The notes under the pieces: generated by a model
The model's database searches: none
The model's input: the letters and a program-made list of their open reading frames with translations, nothing else
What the model was told of the DNA's origin: nothing
Position numbers and translations under genes: made by a program
DNA from: Oculina patagonica
Lineage: Eukaryota
Assembly (NCBI RefSeq): GCF_052425735.1
Contig: NC_135760.1
Span: forward strand, 29,884,001 to 29,948,000
Direction: 5' to 3'
Length of the DNA: 64,000 nt
Part shown: piece by piece, positions 1-11,730 of the stretch
Layout of the letters: each line of letters begins with the position of its first letter
Numbering within the stretch: position 1 is the first letter of the stretch

Positions 1-1743
1 TTTTTCTGCAAAGACTGTGCTGTTGCCATTTGCCATTCTTGTGTTGCAACAGTTCACGATGGTCACGCCAAGATACTTTTGGAACTGAGAAGCTGCAAAT
101 GAGCGCAAGACACAAGCCAAGTCTGTGATTGAATACCACAAGCAAAAAGCTCAGGAGAAGAGAAATGAGATTGCTCGACTTGATCTGAACTGTGCTGAAA
201 TTCAAGCGCAAGTCGCTAACGTGAAAAGAAGCGCTCAGCAGTTTGCTGAAAACATGATCGCCGCTATCGAAGCTCAGAAGCAGGAGATCTTTAATGACGT
301 GGAGGTTCGAGCGAGAGAATCAATCCAGCAACTGGAAACACAAAAGAGCGAAATTGAACAAAAAATGAAAACGACTGAGGCACAAATCGAGCAAACTGAA
401 GCTATTTTGAAACGAAACGTAAGCGCCGAAATCATGCAGCCAAACAAATTTCTAGACAAAACACCTCAGGAGGAAGTTGGAGAAGATGATCAAGCTCAGC
501 CTCCTTGTGTCAATGAAAGTATCCCCGAATTTAAATTCATAAAAAATGAAAAGTTGTTTAATAATGTAATGGCTGAGAAAATTGGCTTTTTCAAACAGTT
601 TCCAACCAAGACAAGACCACACCAGTCGAGTGTCGAAGGAAAAGGAATCAGTGACGTGACTGTTGGACTTGAAGCTCGGTTCGTTTTGACAACAAGAAAT
701 GCTGAAGGAGAACAATGTTACGACGACCGTGACCGCGTAGCAGTTGAAATCAAAAATCATCAAGGCCATGACTGTGCGACGAAAGCTCAAATCCAAGACA
801 GCAAAGATGGCACCTACAAGGTGAGATATTTTGCCAAAGAAAAAAAGGGGAAAAGGTAAATGAGGAGCATGTACATGGCAGTCCATTTGCTGTTAAAGTC
901 AAAGCCAAAACGTTCAGACCCGTGCTGTCTTTTGGAGAAAAGGGTTCAGCTGTTGGAATGCTTAGCGAGCCTTTTGGAGTCGCAGTTAACAATAATGATG
1001 AAATTGCAGTAACTGACTCTAAAAACAACAGAGTGCAGGTATTTAGTAGTGACGGGATTTTCTTAAGAACTTTTGGTACAAAGGGTGACAAGCAGGGGGA
1101 ATTTGATTATCCTGTGGGGATAGCTTTTGATAAGAACTCCGGAAATATCATAGTTCCGGACGCAAAAAACGGTCGAGTTCAACAGTTCAGTGGGCAGGGC
1201 GAGTACTTGAACCAGTTTGGTAGGGAGGGAAGTCTTGATCAACAGCTTAGGACTCCTTTTGGTTTATCTGTGCACAGTAATGGGAATTTTCTCGTTGCTG
1301 ATGCAGAAACCAAGCAAATTAAAATCTTTTCTCATACGGGTGAGTTTTTAGAAAAAATTGGCAAAGAGGGATCTTTCACCCTTCCCGATCACTGTATTGA
1401 GCATGATGAATATCTTATAGTGTCGGATAATGAAGAATATTGTATCAAATTTTTTGATGGGGAAGGAAATTTTCTTTACAAGTTTGGAAATAAGGGGGAA
1501 GGGAACGGGGATTTTGATTAACCTGGTTTTTTGTCGATTAACAAGGCAGGACACCTAATGGTCTGTGATACAGATAATCACAGAGTTCAAGTGTTTGAAC
1601 AAAATGGAAAGTTTATAAAAAAGTTTGGAACAAAGGGGAGCGAGTTAGGAGAGTTTGATGCCCCAGCCTCCTCGGCAGTTCTTAGTGATGGTAGGATAGT
1701 TGTATCGGACTGTGGTAATAACTGCATTAAGATATTTGAATAG
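1..1743 (+). pseudogene. TRIM-NHL (TRIM2/3/71-like) pseudogene, 5' part outside the window; B-box2, coiled coil, filamin and NHL remnants
   Basis: Collinear with 5687-7444 at an offset of about 5.7 kb. Lesions relative to the intact copy: a 4-nt insertion (ctga, ~85-88), a frameshifting deletion at ~841-855, and an in-frame TAA at 1519-1521 where the paralog has GGA. ORFs 125-859, 922-1521 and 1531-1743 are its fragments. Confidence 0.88.
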
Positions 1744-3035
1744 AATGTAACTGCACTTTAATATGAACTTGATATGATGTGAATCACTCATGCTGATGGT
1801 TTTTAAATTACGATATTGAAAACAGAAAGCAGGTTGTAAGCTGTAATGCAACCTTTGCCAAGCAAAGGAAACGCATCTAACCCAGGTCACTATTGGAATT
1901 TGGTCACACTCCGGATTGGTTGAAAAATCATTTTTTCCCTTGATTTTGTAGTCTATCGTTACACGATTTTCTTTTACCAATAATTAAGAGAACTTAGCAA
2001 ATACAAGACCAAAACTATCCAGTCATGATTGTTTACATCATTTAATTGAAAACCACCTTGAGACAGTTAAGTTCAAAGTGTTAAATTTGTACAACGGAAT
2101 TACTCAACACAATGTAGTCAATGTATAAACTGATCGATTTTGATGACGATGATTTCCGCTTTTTCTATTTGTTTGGTAGTTTTGTATTAAAGAAAAAACG
2201 TTTTGTGGAAGAGTAATGTTGGCCAAGAAGGTCTGGTCTCATAGTTAAACTTTCAGACTGCTATTATACGTGACTCTAATGTTGTATACATTAGGTACTC
2301 TTAAAGCTAGTTTATCAGGTTTATATAGAGTTCATATAGAAAAGTGCTACTTCAAATTGAATGCTTTAGTTTTAACCTGAAGGGTACATGGGGTAAAACT
2401 TCTACTTACAGCATTGTTGATCTCGGTAGACATTCCAAAATAATGTGTGTTATTATAACCCCACTTTTTAAACACGCCACTGCTGTTTGTGGTATGAACA
2501 CTGTAATTACACCAGAGAATATTTCCCTTGCTGTATTAACACAAGTAATTATTGCTTGAAAATCTATTCATAAATTTTGCAATTTTCCCAATGTGATTAT
2601 TGTATAACCTCTGCATTTGGCACTAATTTGCAAGCAAAGATTTAATCGAACGTTATTTCTTGTGATTGGACTGAAAATGGGAGGATAACGAATTGTTTGT
2701 GTGATTATTCTCAACTTTTGTCAGAAATGCGATAAATACGATTACGCTGGGAGTTTTTTGTACTCCCAAATTGCAATGTTTATATGTTTGATTGGTAACA
2801 GGAATTTGCAAGCATACTCGTGATTAACAGCAAACCACACTTTGTAGCACTTTCACTCTTATATATGATCATTACAAACCGATTTAAACTTCTATTTCCT
2901 TACCTCATTATATTTGAATTGTTATAACATACTATGTACTGAAATAAAGTAAAGTAGGTCTGGAGTGTGCTAACCTGAGATCATGCCCTCCCTCCCCACT
3001 TAAGAACGCCATTCAATCTAACGTGTAGATTGAAG

Positions 3036-3196
3036 AGGGTAGCAAAGGGTTTATACGTGACACGTGAAAAGGGCAAAAATTTGTCCGTGACGCGTGAAAA
3101 TAGGGTAAAAATTATACCGTGACGCGTGAAAATAGCTAGAAAAAATACGGGATTCGTGAATTCTGCTGTTTCAAGAAAGCGTGACGCGTGAATTTG

Positions 3197-3227
<31 letters not shown>

Positions 3228-3245
3228 CACCCCCTTTGCTACCCT
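3036..3245. mobile_element. MITE with AGGGTAGCAAAGGG terminal inverted repeats and internal (A)CGCGTGA repeats
   Basis: Inverted termini agggtagcaaaggg / ccctttgctaccct; flanks gattgaag / gattgaat resemble a TSD. Confidence 0.6.
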
Positions 3246-3404
3246 GATTGAATGGACGTTCTTTTAAGAAATAATTTTTTCCGTATTACATGTAATTTGA
3301 CTTTTTAAGTGAACATTGTAAAGTTATATGAAATGGTTGCTAATAAAAAGAAGAGAAGATACTTCACTTCTTGAATTGTTTTGTTTTAATGTTAGGAAAT
3401 TTAA

Positions 3405-3729
3405 GGTAGCTCTGAAACCGCTCCAGAATTTTTTTAACTTTGCAAAAAGTTGCAAGTATCTTATCATGCTGATCATTACTCAATAGTAAAAATGGGGGCT
3501 ACCGGGCTCGTTTTTGAGTTATAAGAACTTAAAGGGAAAATTAAAGGTGTTTTAAACAGGTTATACTGTTGCTACGGTAACCAGTGAGGTCATGAAAATG
3601 CCCACAACTTATTCAGCAATGATTGGAAATTTGTTTGATATCATTATTGTAGAAGCAACTTATAAAGATATAGCACTGACCCATCAAAGTATAAGAGCTG
3701 GGAAGTGCTGGAAACCGTTGTGAGCCTCC
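3405..3729. mobile_element. Non-autonomous DNA transposon with TTAA TSD and GG..CC termini (Kolobok-like)
   Basis: ttaa|ggtagctc...gagcctcc|ttaa with imperfect terminal inverted repeats. Confidence 0.65.
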
Positions 3730-4439
3730 TTAAAGAAAACTATTTGACATCAGATTCTGACATAAACACTACATTTCGCGCCCTTTTCAAAATAATGAAA
3801 CCACTGGTCTGTGAACTCAGTTATTAAAGCGACTTCTGTAGCTCTAGTTCGGACCGCCTTCAAGAAACCTAGTTTACATTATCAGTTAAATTTCCAATAA
3901 AAAGCTCACCTAGGCGACTATTTCCGTACGTAAGCGAGCGCAATTACCCTTGAGTTTTACGACTAGATTGGACTTTTCTCTGTTTTTAGCTCTTGTAAGC
4001 GACCATCCTTGAGAGACTGACTTGGCTGAGCAGGGGCGGATCCAGGGATTTTTTCATTGGGGGGTCCAAATTTTGATTCCGAAAACACTGTTGACACGTT
4101 TTTGCGGCAAATTACTTCTCCCCCACACCTCCTCATAATTCCTTGGCCCCCTATCTTGTACATGAATTTTACTCGCCAATATATTTATTGGCAAAGTCGT
4201 AACAGAAATTTTTAGCCAAAGCGCATTCAAACGGGTACACGTTTCATCGAGGTTTTATTGCATTGGTTGTTCATTTTCAGTAATTATCAGATTAATCAAC
4301 TTATCCATCAATAACACAGGCTGTATGGTTCAAATGCAGTCATACACTACTATTGTCTTCTCCAGTCCACACAGACACTTGCCCGGAACACTGAACCGTG
4401 GTTCTCACAAGAAATGGCTTCATGCTGCCTGCTACCAAT

Positions 4440-4830
4440 CCCAAGGGGGGTACTCCGGCTTGTTAATGACGGGGATGATCGAAGGATTTTTTTGGGTTTG
4501 AAATTTTCTTTTCCGGCATTTTTTTGGGTTGTAAAATTTGGCAAGTATTTTTTTGGGTATCTTGATTTAGATAGGAGATTTTTTTGGGTATTAAACACGA
4601 ACTAAAGTGCCTTGACGCATTTATGGTATGATGAATAAACAAAACGAGCGTTCTTTGTGTTATGTTATTGCACCTCCTGGCAATTTAGGGGTAAGAAGGG
4701 ATTTTTGGGGGTTATTTTTGGTTCAGGGATTTTTGGGTAATGTCGGAAGACTTAGGGATTTTTGGGTCCTGAGTTGCCTCCATTCGATCATCCCCGTCAT
4801 TTACAAGCCGGAGTACCCCCCCCCCCTGGG
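4440..4830. mobile_element. MITE with 8-bp TSD (hAT-like), ~350 bp upstream of the TRIM start codon
   Basis: Perfect TSD CTACCAAT at 4432-4439 and 4831-4838; TIRs cccaaggggggtactccgg / ccggagtaccccc..ctggg. A related copy lies at ~36241-36609. Confidence 0.8.
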
Positions 4831-5176
4831 CTACCAATACACTCTTTTCAACCTTAATATTTATCATATTTATGTGCATGACAGTAGCGCAGAGCGGCTT
4901 CTTTGTCTTTTTACAGTTACGCGGTCAATTCGTTTCGGGTGGCGTGATATGATGATTTTGAAAGAGACAAGGTCAAGTTGTTTTCACCCCATTTCTTAGA
5001 ATTAAGAATGCTGTCTATAACTATTATAAGCTAATAAGAAGTCAGAAATATGTCAAAACATGTCTAAAAACGTTTTCTTATTGGTCAATTTTAATGAAAA
5101 AGATATTTAATATTCCTTCGAGGCGTTTTCATCTTAAAACTCCTTGTCGGCTCTCTCCCAGTTGGGTTCTCTTGCC

Positions 5177-7444
5177 ATGGATGTAAAAACCTTGCTAAAC
5201 AATCTTCACGAAGAAGTATCCTGTTCTGTGTGCATGAACACATTCACTGACCCGAAACAGCTCCCGTGTTTGCACAGTTTTTGCCTTCACTGCTTGCAAG
5301 GTATTCTACGAACGAGTGGCCGCCACGATATCATTCTATGTCCTGAATGCAGAAGAGAGTGCAAAGTCCCTGGAAGCGGTAATCTTAACGAGCTGCCGAC
5401 CAACTTTCGAATCAACAGTTTGCTGGATGTACTGGCCATCAAGGAGTGCGATACCACTGCAGTTAGATGTGGAAACTGCGACAAGAAAAGCTCCCAGAGT
5501 TTCTACTGCTTCCAGTGTAGTTCTTTCTGGTGTGAATCCGATTGCATAAGCCTTCATAATGGAATCAAAGCAAATAAAGGGCACCATGTGTTGGCGCTCA
5601 AAGACTTTCAAGATGAAGACTTTGAGAAAGTTTTGAAGCGACCTGTATTTTGTGGCAATCGTGGCCATGAAAATAAAGAATTGGAGTTTTTCTGCAAAGG
5701 CTGTGCTGTTGCCATTTGCCATTCTTGTGTTGCAACTGTTCACGACGGTCACGCCAAGATACTTTTGGAAGAAGCTGCAAATGAGCGCAAGACACAAGCC
5801 AAGTCTGTGATTGAATACCACAAGCAAAAAGCTCAGGAGAAGATAAATGAGATTGCTCGACTTGATTTGAGCTGTGCTGAAATTCAAGCGCAAGTCGCTA
5901 ACGTGAAAAGAAGCGCTCAGCAGTTTGCTGAAAACATGATCGCCACTATCGAAGCTCAGAAGCAGGAGATCTTTAATGAAGTTGAAAATCGAGCGAGAGA
6001 ATCAATCCAACAACTGGGAACACAAAAGAGCGGGATTGAACACCAATTGAAAATGACTGAAGCAGAAATCGAACAAACTGAAGCTGTTTTGAAACGAAAC
6101 GTAAGCGCCGAAATCATGCAGCCAAACAAATTTCTAGACAAAACATTTCAGCCGGAGGAAGCCGTTGGACAAGATGATCAAGCTTACCTTCCTTGTGTCA
6201 ATGAAAGTATCCCCGAATTTAAATTCATCAAAAATGAGAAGTTGTTTAATAATGTAATGGCTGAGAAAATTGGCTTTGTCAAGCAGTTTCCAACCAAGAC
6301 CAGACCCAGCCAGTCCAGAGCCGAAGGAAAAGGAATCATTGATGTGACTGTTGGACTTGAAGCTCGGTTCGTTTTGACAACAGGAAATGCTGAAGGAGAA
6401 CAATGTTACGACGAGCGTGACCGCGTAGCAGTTGAAATCAAAAATCAACAAGGCCATGACTGTGCGACGAAAGCGCGAGTCGAAGACAGCAAGGATGGCA
6501 CCTACAACATCAGCTATTTTGCCAAAGAAAAAGGAAAATGTAGTGTATCAGTGAAGGTAAATGAAGAACACGTCCCTGGCAGTCCATTTGCAGTTAAAGT
6601 CAAAGCCAGACAGTTCAGACCCGTGTTGTCTTTTGGAGAAGAAGGTTCGGCTGTTGGAATGCTTAGCGAGCCTTTTGGAGTCGCAGTTAACAATAATAAT
6701 GACATTGCAGTGGCTGACTCTAATAACAACAGAGTACAGGTATTCAGTAGTGAAGGGATTTTCTTAAGAACTTTTGGTACAAAGGGGGACAAACAAGGAG
6801 AATTTGATTATCCTTTGGGGATAGCTTTTGATAACGATTCCGGAAACATTATAGTTGCGGACAAAGCTAACGGTCGAGTTCAACTGTTCAGTGGGCAGGG
6901 CGAGTACTTGAACCAGTTTGGTAGTGAGGGAAGTCTTGATCAACAGCTTACGGGTCCTGTTGGTTTAACTTTACACAGTAATGGGAATTTTCTCGTTGTC
7001 GATCCAGGTAACAAGCAAATTAAAGCCTTTTCTCACACTGGTCAGTTTTTAGATAAAATTGGCAAAAAGGAATCTTTCACCTTTCCCGTTCACTGTATCG
7101 AGCATGATGAATATCTTATAGTGTCGGATGCTGAAGAACATTGTATCAAATTTTTTGATGGGGAAGGAAATTTTCTTTACAAGTTTGGCAATAAGGGGGA
7201 CGGGAACGGGGAATTTAATGGACCTGGTTTCTTGTCAGTTAACAAAGCAGGACACCTGATGGTCTGTGATTCAGGGAATAACAGAGTGCAGGTGTTCGAA
7301 TTAAGTGGAAAGTTTATAACAAAGTTTGGGACAGAAGGAAGCGAGTTAGGAGAGTTTAGTTGCCCAATCTCCTCGGCAGTTCTTGGTGATGGTAGAATAG
7401 TTGTATCGGACTCTGGTAATAACTGCATTAAGATATTTGAATAG
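5177..7444 (+). CDS. Intronless TRIM-NHL E3 ubiquitin ligase (RING, B-box1, B-box2, coiled coil, filamin, 6 NHL repeats), TRIM71/TRIM2/3-like, 755 aa
   Basis: ATG in gccATGG context at 5177. C3HC4 RING (CSVC..CLHSFCLHC..CPEC), two B-boxes, coiled coil, filamin repeat (DGTYNISY..VPGSPF), NHL blades (FxxPxG..VxDxxNNRVQVF). A pyrimidine-rich acceptor ends at 5161, suggesting a 5'UTR intron. Confidence 0.95.
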   Translation: MDVKTLLNNLHEEVSCSVCMNTFTDPKQLPCLHSFCLHCLQGILRTSGRHDIILCPECRRECKVPGSGNLNELPTNFRINSLLDVLAIKECDTTAVRCGNCDKKSSQSFYCFQCSSFWCESDCISLHNGIKANKGHHVLALKDFQDEDFEKVLKRPVFCGNRGHENKELEFFCKGCAVAICHSCVATVHDGHAKILLEEAANERKTQAKSVIEYHKQKAQEKINEIARLDLSCAEIQAQVANVKRSAQQFAENMIATIEAQKQEIFNEVENRARESIQQLGTQKSGIEHQLKMTEAEIEQTEAVLKRNVSAEIMQPNKFLDKTFQPEEAVGQDDQAYLPCVNESIPEFKFIKNEKLFNNVMAEKIGFVKQFPTKTRPSQSRAEGKGIIDVTVGLEARFVLTTGNAEGEQCYDERDRVAVEIKNQQGHDCATKARVEDSKDGTYNISYFAKEKGKCSVSVKVNEEHVPGSPFAVKVKARQFRPVLSFGEEGSAVGMLSEPFGVAVNNNNDIAVADSNNNRVQVFSSEGIFLRTFGTKGDKQGEFDYPLGIAFDNDSGNIIVADKANGRVQLFSGQGEYLNQFGSEGSLDQQLTGPVGLTLHSNGNFLVVDPGNKQIKAFSHTGQFLDKIGKKESFTFPVHCIEHDEYLIVSDAEEHCIKFFDGEGNFLYKFGNKGDGNGEFNGPGFLSVNKAGHLMVCDSGNNRVQVFELSGKFITKFGTEGSELGEFSCPISSAVLGDGRIVVSDSGNNCIKIFE

Positions 7445-8121
7445 AATGAAACTGCACTTCAATATGAACGTGATATAATGTGAATACATGCTGGTAATTT
7501 CTAAATTACGAAATTGAAAAAAGAAAGCAGGTTTTTTGCAGGTTTTTTGCAGGTTTTTTAAAAGCTGTAATGCAACCTTTGCCAAGCACAGGAAACGCAT
7601 CTAGCCCGGTTATACTCCGGATTTGGTTGAAAAATCATATTTTCTATGATTTTGTAGTCTATTGTTACACGATTTCCTTTTAAAAATAAGAGAACTAAGC
7701 AAATACAAGACCAAAGCTATCCAGGCATGATTGTTTACATCATTTAATTTAAAACAACTTTAAGACAGATAAGTTCAAAGTGTTACATTTGTACAACGGA
7801 ATTACTCAACACAATGTATAAACCGATCGATTTTGATGACGAAGATTTCCCTATTTTTCTATTTGTTTGTTAGTTTTGTATAAAAGAAAAACGTTTTGTG
7901 GAAGAGTAATGCTGGCCAAGTAAGTTTGGTCTCATACAGCTGTGTTAAACTTTGACACTGCTATGTTTTTTTTAGGCGCTTCAAGTTTAGAGAGTTATAT
8001 AAAATTGTGAGTTTTATTATAACAACACTTTTAAAACACACCACAGCTGTTTGTGGAATGAATACTGTAAATACGCCAGAAAATATTTCGCATGCCGTGT
8101 TAAACTGTACAATCTGTATTA

Positions 8122-8463
8122 GGCCAAGTAAAAAAACAAACAAATGTTTCTCGTCCCCGCCCGCTTCATTTTTTGGGGCCGCTTCTCTTTTTTTAATATT
8201 TGTAGCTGGGAAAGTTGGAACGAACAAAAAACCAAGAAAAGCCTGTAAGACATGGCTTTTGTCTGCGTTTTAATACGAACTCAGGCCAACATTTTAAACC
8301 CTCGGCACGCTAGGTCCGTAGTGGAGAGGTCAGGATTTATTTTGCAAGTTCGCTTCTGGAGAATTTGACGATGGAGGAAATAACCAATCACAAACAATGC
8401 GCCCGCCCGCTCTCTTTTTTACAGAAATCCGGACGAGAAGCATTTGTTTTTCTTTACTTGGCC
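8122..8463. mobile_element. PIF/Harbinger-like MITE
   Basis: TIRs ggccaagtaaa..tgtttctcgtcc / ggacgagaagca..tttacttggcc; preceded by TTA; absent from the homologous flank of the first TRIM copy (~2535). Confidence 0.65.
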
Positions 8464-9439
8464 TTTAGACAAGTTATTGCTTGGAAACCTACTCATAAAT
8501 TTTGCAATTTCCCCGAATGCGATTAGTGTATCTGAACCTCTTTATTTGGCATTAATTTGTCTGCAACGATGTTATCGGAAATTTTGTTGTTGGACTGAAA
8601 TCGGACGGATTAATATCAACTTGTTCCTGTGTTCATTTTCTTCTCCAATTTCTCAACTTTTGTCAGAAATGTGATAAATAGGATTTCTCTGGGAAATTCT
8701 TGTTTTCGTTTTCTCGGAAATTGCAATGTTCATGTTGGATGGTAACTCAGGACTTCATGCCGTTCAATTTTGTATGCAATCATACTCTTGATTAACAGCA
8801 AATCAGAATTTGTTATCGCTCCTATGATTTCAAATACTTTCTATATCGATTATACTTAGATTCTGCCAGTTATAGGTTATAGTTCAGCTATGTATTGCAG
8901 TAAAGACTTAGTAAGTGTACAGGCGTATTGCACAATGTACTCTGAATTGATTTGAAATTACATTTACCTTTATCTAGAAATAATTTTCTCGTGTTGGACA
9001 TTGTAAAGTTAAAGTTTTACACGAATTAGTTATCAATAAACTGAGAATGTAGCTGATATCTTGATTTGCTTTGTCCAAGTTACACTGCGAATACTGCCGC
9101 CGGAAGTGATGAAGATTTTTTAATACTGGCGGCGCCCAGCCTCGAATAAGCGCCCACCCCCACCCCCTTAAAAAAATGAAGTGCACGAGAAGGGTAAAAT
9201 GAGAGGAGTGAAATTGACTAAGTACTACGAAAAGACTACCCCGAAGACCACTGAAGCTTTCTTAGTAATTTACAGAAACTTTCAATGGACAATTAAAATT
9301 TAGCTTTGGTACATCTTCTCGTTTTGTCAATATTTACTGTTTTCTTGCAAAATAAGAGTACTACTTGCTAAAAATGGTGAAAATTTAATAAGCGCCCACC
9401 TCAAATAAGCGCCCACTCCAAAGGTCCAAAAATTTAATA

Positions 9440-9928
9440 CAGTCGAAGCTCTCTTAACGGACACTCTCGTAAGCGGACAGCTCTACTTACGGCCGTCTTG
9501 TTGGAAAACCCGTTTTAACTCCCATACAAACACTGTATTTTTACATTCTCGTAAGCGGACATTCCCGTAAGCGGCCGCGGACACTTTCAGAGATTACGAC
9601 TTAGACTTTTTCTTTGTTTTTACGCTCCCGTAAGCGGACAACCCAAGGAAAATCCTATTTACAACCTCTTCATCTTATTTTTATCAATCAACTTCACATC
9701 ATCGTTCGTCGCAATGTTTTTACAGTAATTACAGTACCATATTTCAGTGCTTGTTTTGTCGTCAACCACGTCCGTCCGGTTATTGTTAGCTGGGCAAGCT
9801 CCCGCAAGCGGCCATCTATCCCCCACACTCTGCGGCCGCTTGCGAGAACCATTCTCGTAAGCGGCCAGCTCCAGTTACGGACACTTTTTTCGCGTCCCGA
9901 GGGTGTCCGCTTACGTGAGCTTTGACTG
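9440..9928. mobile_element. Tc1/mariner-like MITE (TA TSD) nested in an AAGCGCC-repeat element (~9127-9955)
   Basis: ta|cagtcgaagctc..cggacac / gtgtccg..gagctttgactg|ta. The host element ends ttaatcgaataaatacggta and belongs to the same family as 47110-47532. Confidence 0.75.
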
Positions 9929-11730
9929 TAGTCGCTTAATCGAATAAATACGGTAATTAACACTGAAGAGCCCCGTGCAGGGAAATTGGTATTGTATGGG
10001 AGGCGCCTCAGTGTATTCGTAGGCTATATCCAAGTCCAAAAGCCCAAATACACCATCAGAAACATCCTTAAGACCGAAAACTGAAAATGAGACTACATCC
10101 CAGCTGCTTTCCAGCAAATCAACATCTTCTAAATCTTCATTTGATTTATTTGGCTATATTGCGTTTATAAGCTATCAAGTTTACACCCTTATTTTTAACG
10201 GGCGGGAAAATGAATACAGGTCTTTTTTTATGAGGAATATTTCTGAAAACTTCAACAAGTTTATCCGTAAGAATCATTTAGAAGTCGCATATACAAAGTT
10301 GATACCGCGAAAACAGACGCAGCTGAAAGCATATCAGTTCATTGCAGTACTGTCTTGGGTTAGTCATTTGAAACACGGTCGAGCCTTGAGTCAATCGCCA
10401 TTAAATACATATATAGCTTGCTAAACAATCGCCAAAGCTGTACTGGCACAATAATACGGTCTCTAGGTCTTTCATTAGCCATACCGATTACTGTGTTCTG
10501 TTTGTTATGTTTTTTGTTCAATAAATGTATTTAAAAAAAAGAAATATCGATCGAGTATGGTACAGACTGACCGAGGGCCGAGATTCGAAGAGAACAGTCC
10601 GCCTGAGCAAACTTGTAAATAAGAAATTTACCGCACGACTTTATGATTGAAAAAGAGCTGTAGGAAAATAAGAAAATATTGGACCTATAATAAGTCATTC
10701 TGAATGGCCGATTTTAGTAATTGGCCCTCTCAGCTGCCTAAGTCGTCTAATAAATGTACTTATCGACCTGTAATAATGTAATTATTACAGGTTATTGCAA
10801 AAGACTCGTCCCATATCACTTATCTGCACTTAAGGTGAGTGGCACGTTTTCAATTTGTTTGCTTCCGCTAGCAGGGTTGATAATGAATTTTAGCCTTCAG
10901 CCAAATTCATCCAAAGACGCTTAATTCAATTGAACCAGAAAGAATCGTCAGCAGAAATTGCGATCTCGTTCTCTTAAAATCACGTTATATCAGTTTTTTC
11001 CTTTTTTCTGCTCAAAATACGCTTATGCTTTTTTTTGAAGGCAAAACTTGCAGATGTGATGCTTTAATTTATTCTTCGAACAAATATCGCTTCCAATTTC
11101 AAGTTTGATTAAATATAGTTGAAGAGACCTTATTAAAGTTCGAAATGTCCAAAGTATTGACAGCTCAAGTGCCCCTGAGGTATTCTATTGGTACTTGACG
11201 ACAACTGCTGGTAAAAAGGTTAATCGGCATCATAACAGGTCGGAGAAAATATGGAAAACATCTGCCCCATGAACATTTTACATTCTCTGAAAATTAAATT
11301 AATTTTAAGTTTCATGCAATGGTGGATACAAAACAGTGATTCTTTTTCTCAGTTTTGGAGGCCGACTTCGACGCTCATGTAGAGAGTGACTTGAAGTTTT
11401 GTGTAAGGTCTTAACCTGAATTCCATTTCATTTTAATACTTGTAATCTACCAACTGAATTTAATTCTAGTCATTAGGGTTTTCAGGTGAAAGGAAAGTCG
11501 TGGCTGTGCCCAGGGTTTACTCAGTTAAGATTACAAATATTCACCTTATGAACCTGAATTTGTTTTACTCCACAGTGACACCCGGGATCGTGGAACAATC
11601 AGTGCCGAGACCTGAGTTTTATTTCAAGAGAATTAGTGAACTGAGTTGGTTTTTCTAATCAGCTCAGACTGGCTTGGGTAGTGATCTGTTACTGTGGAAT
11701 CATTTTATTGATCGATGTCTAAACCACAAT

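Noticed and set aside
1519-1521. Stop readthrough or selenocysteine in TRIM copy 1
   Set aside because: The codon is TAA, not TGA, and two upstream frameshifts already disable the copy.
274-7600. Antisense and alternate-frame ORFs over the TRIM genes (similar ones overlap Orai, GPATCH3 and the GPCR)
   Set aside because: Shadows of the real coding frames with no independent protein features.
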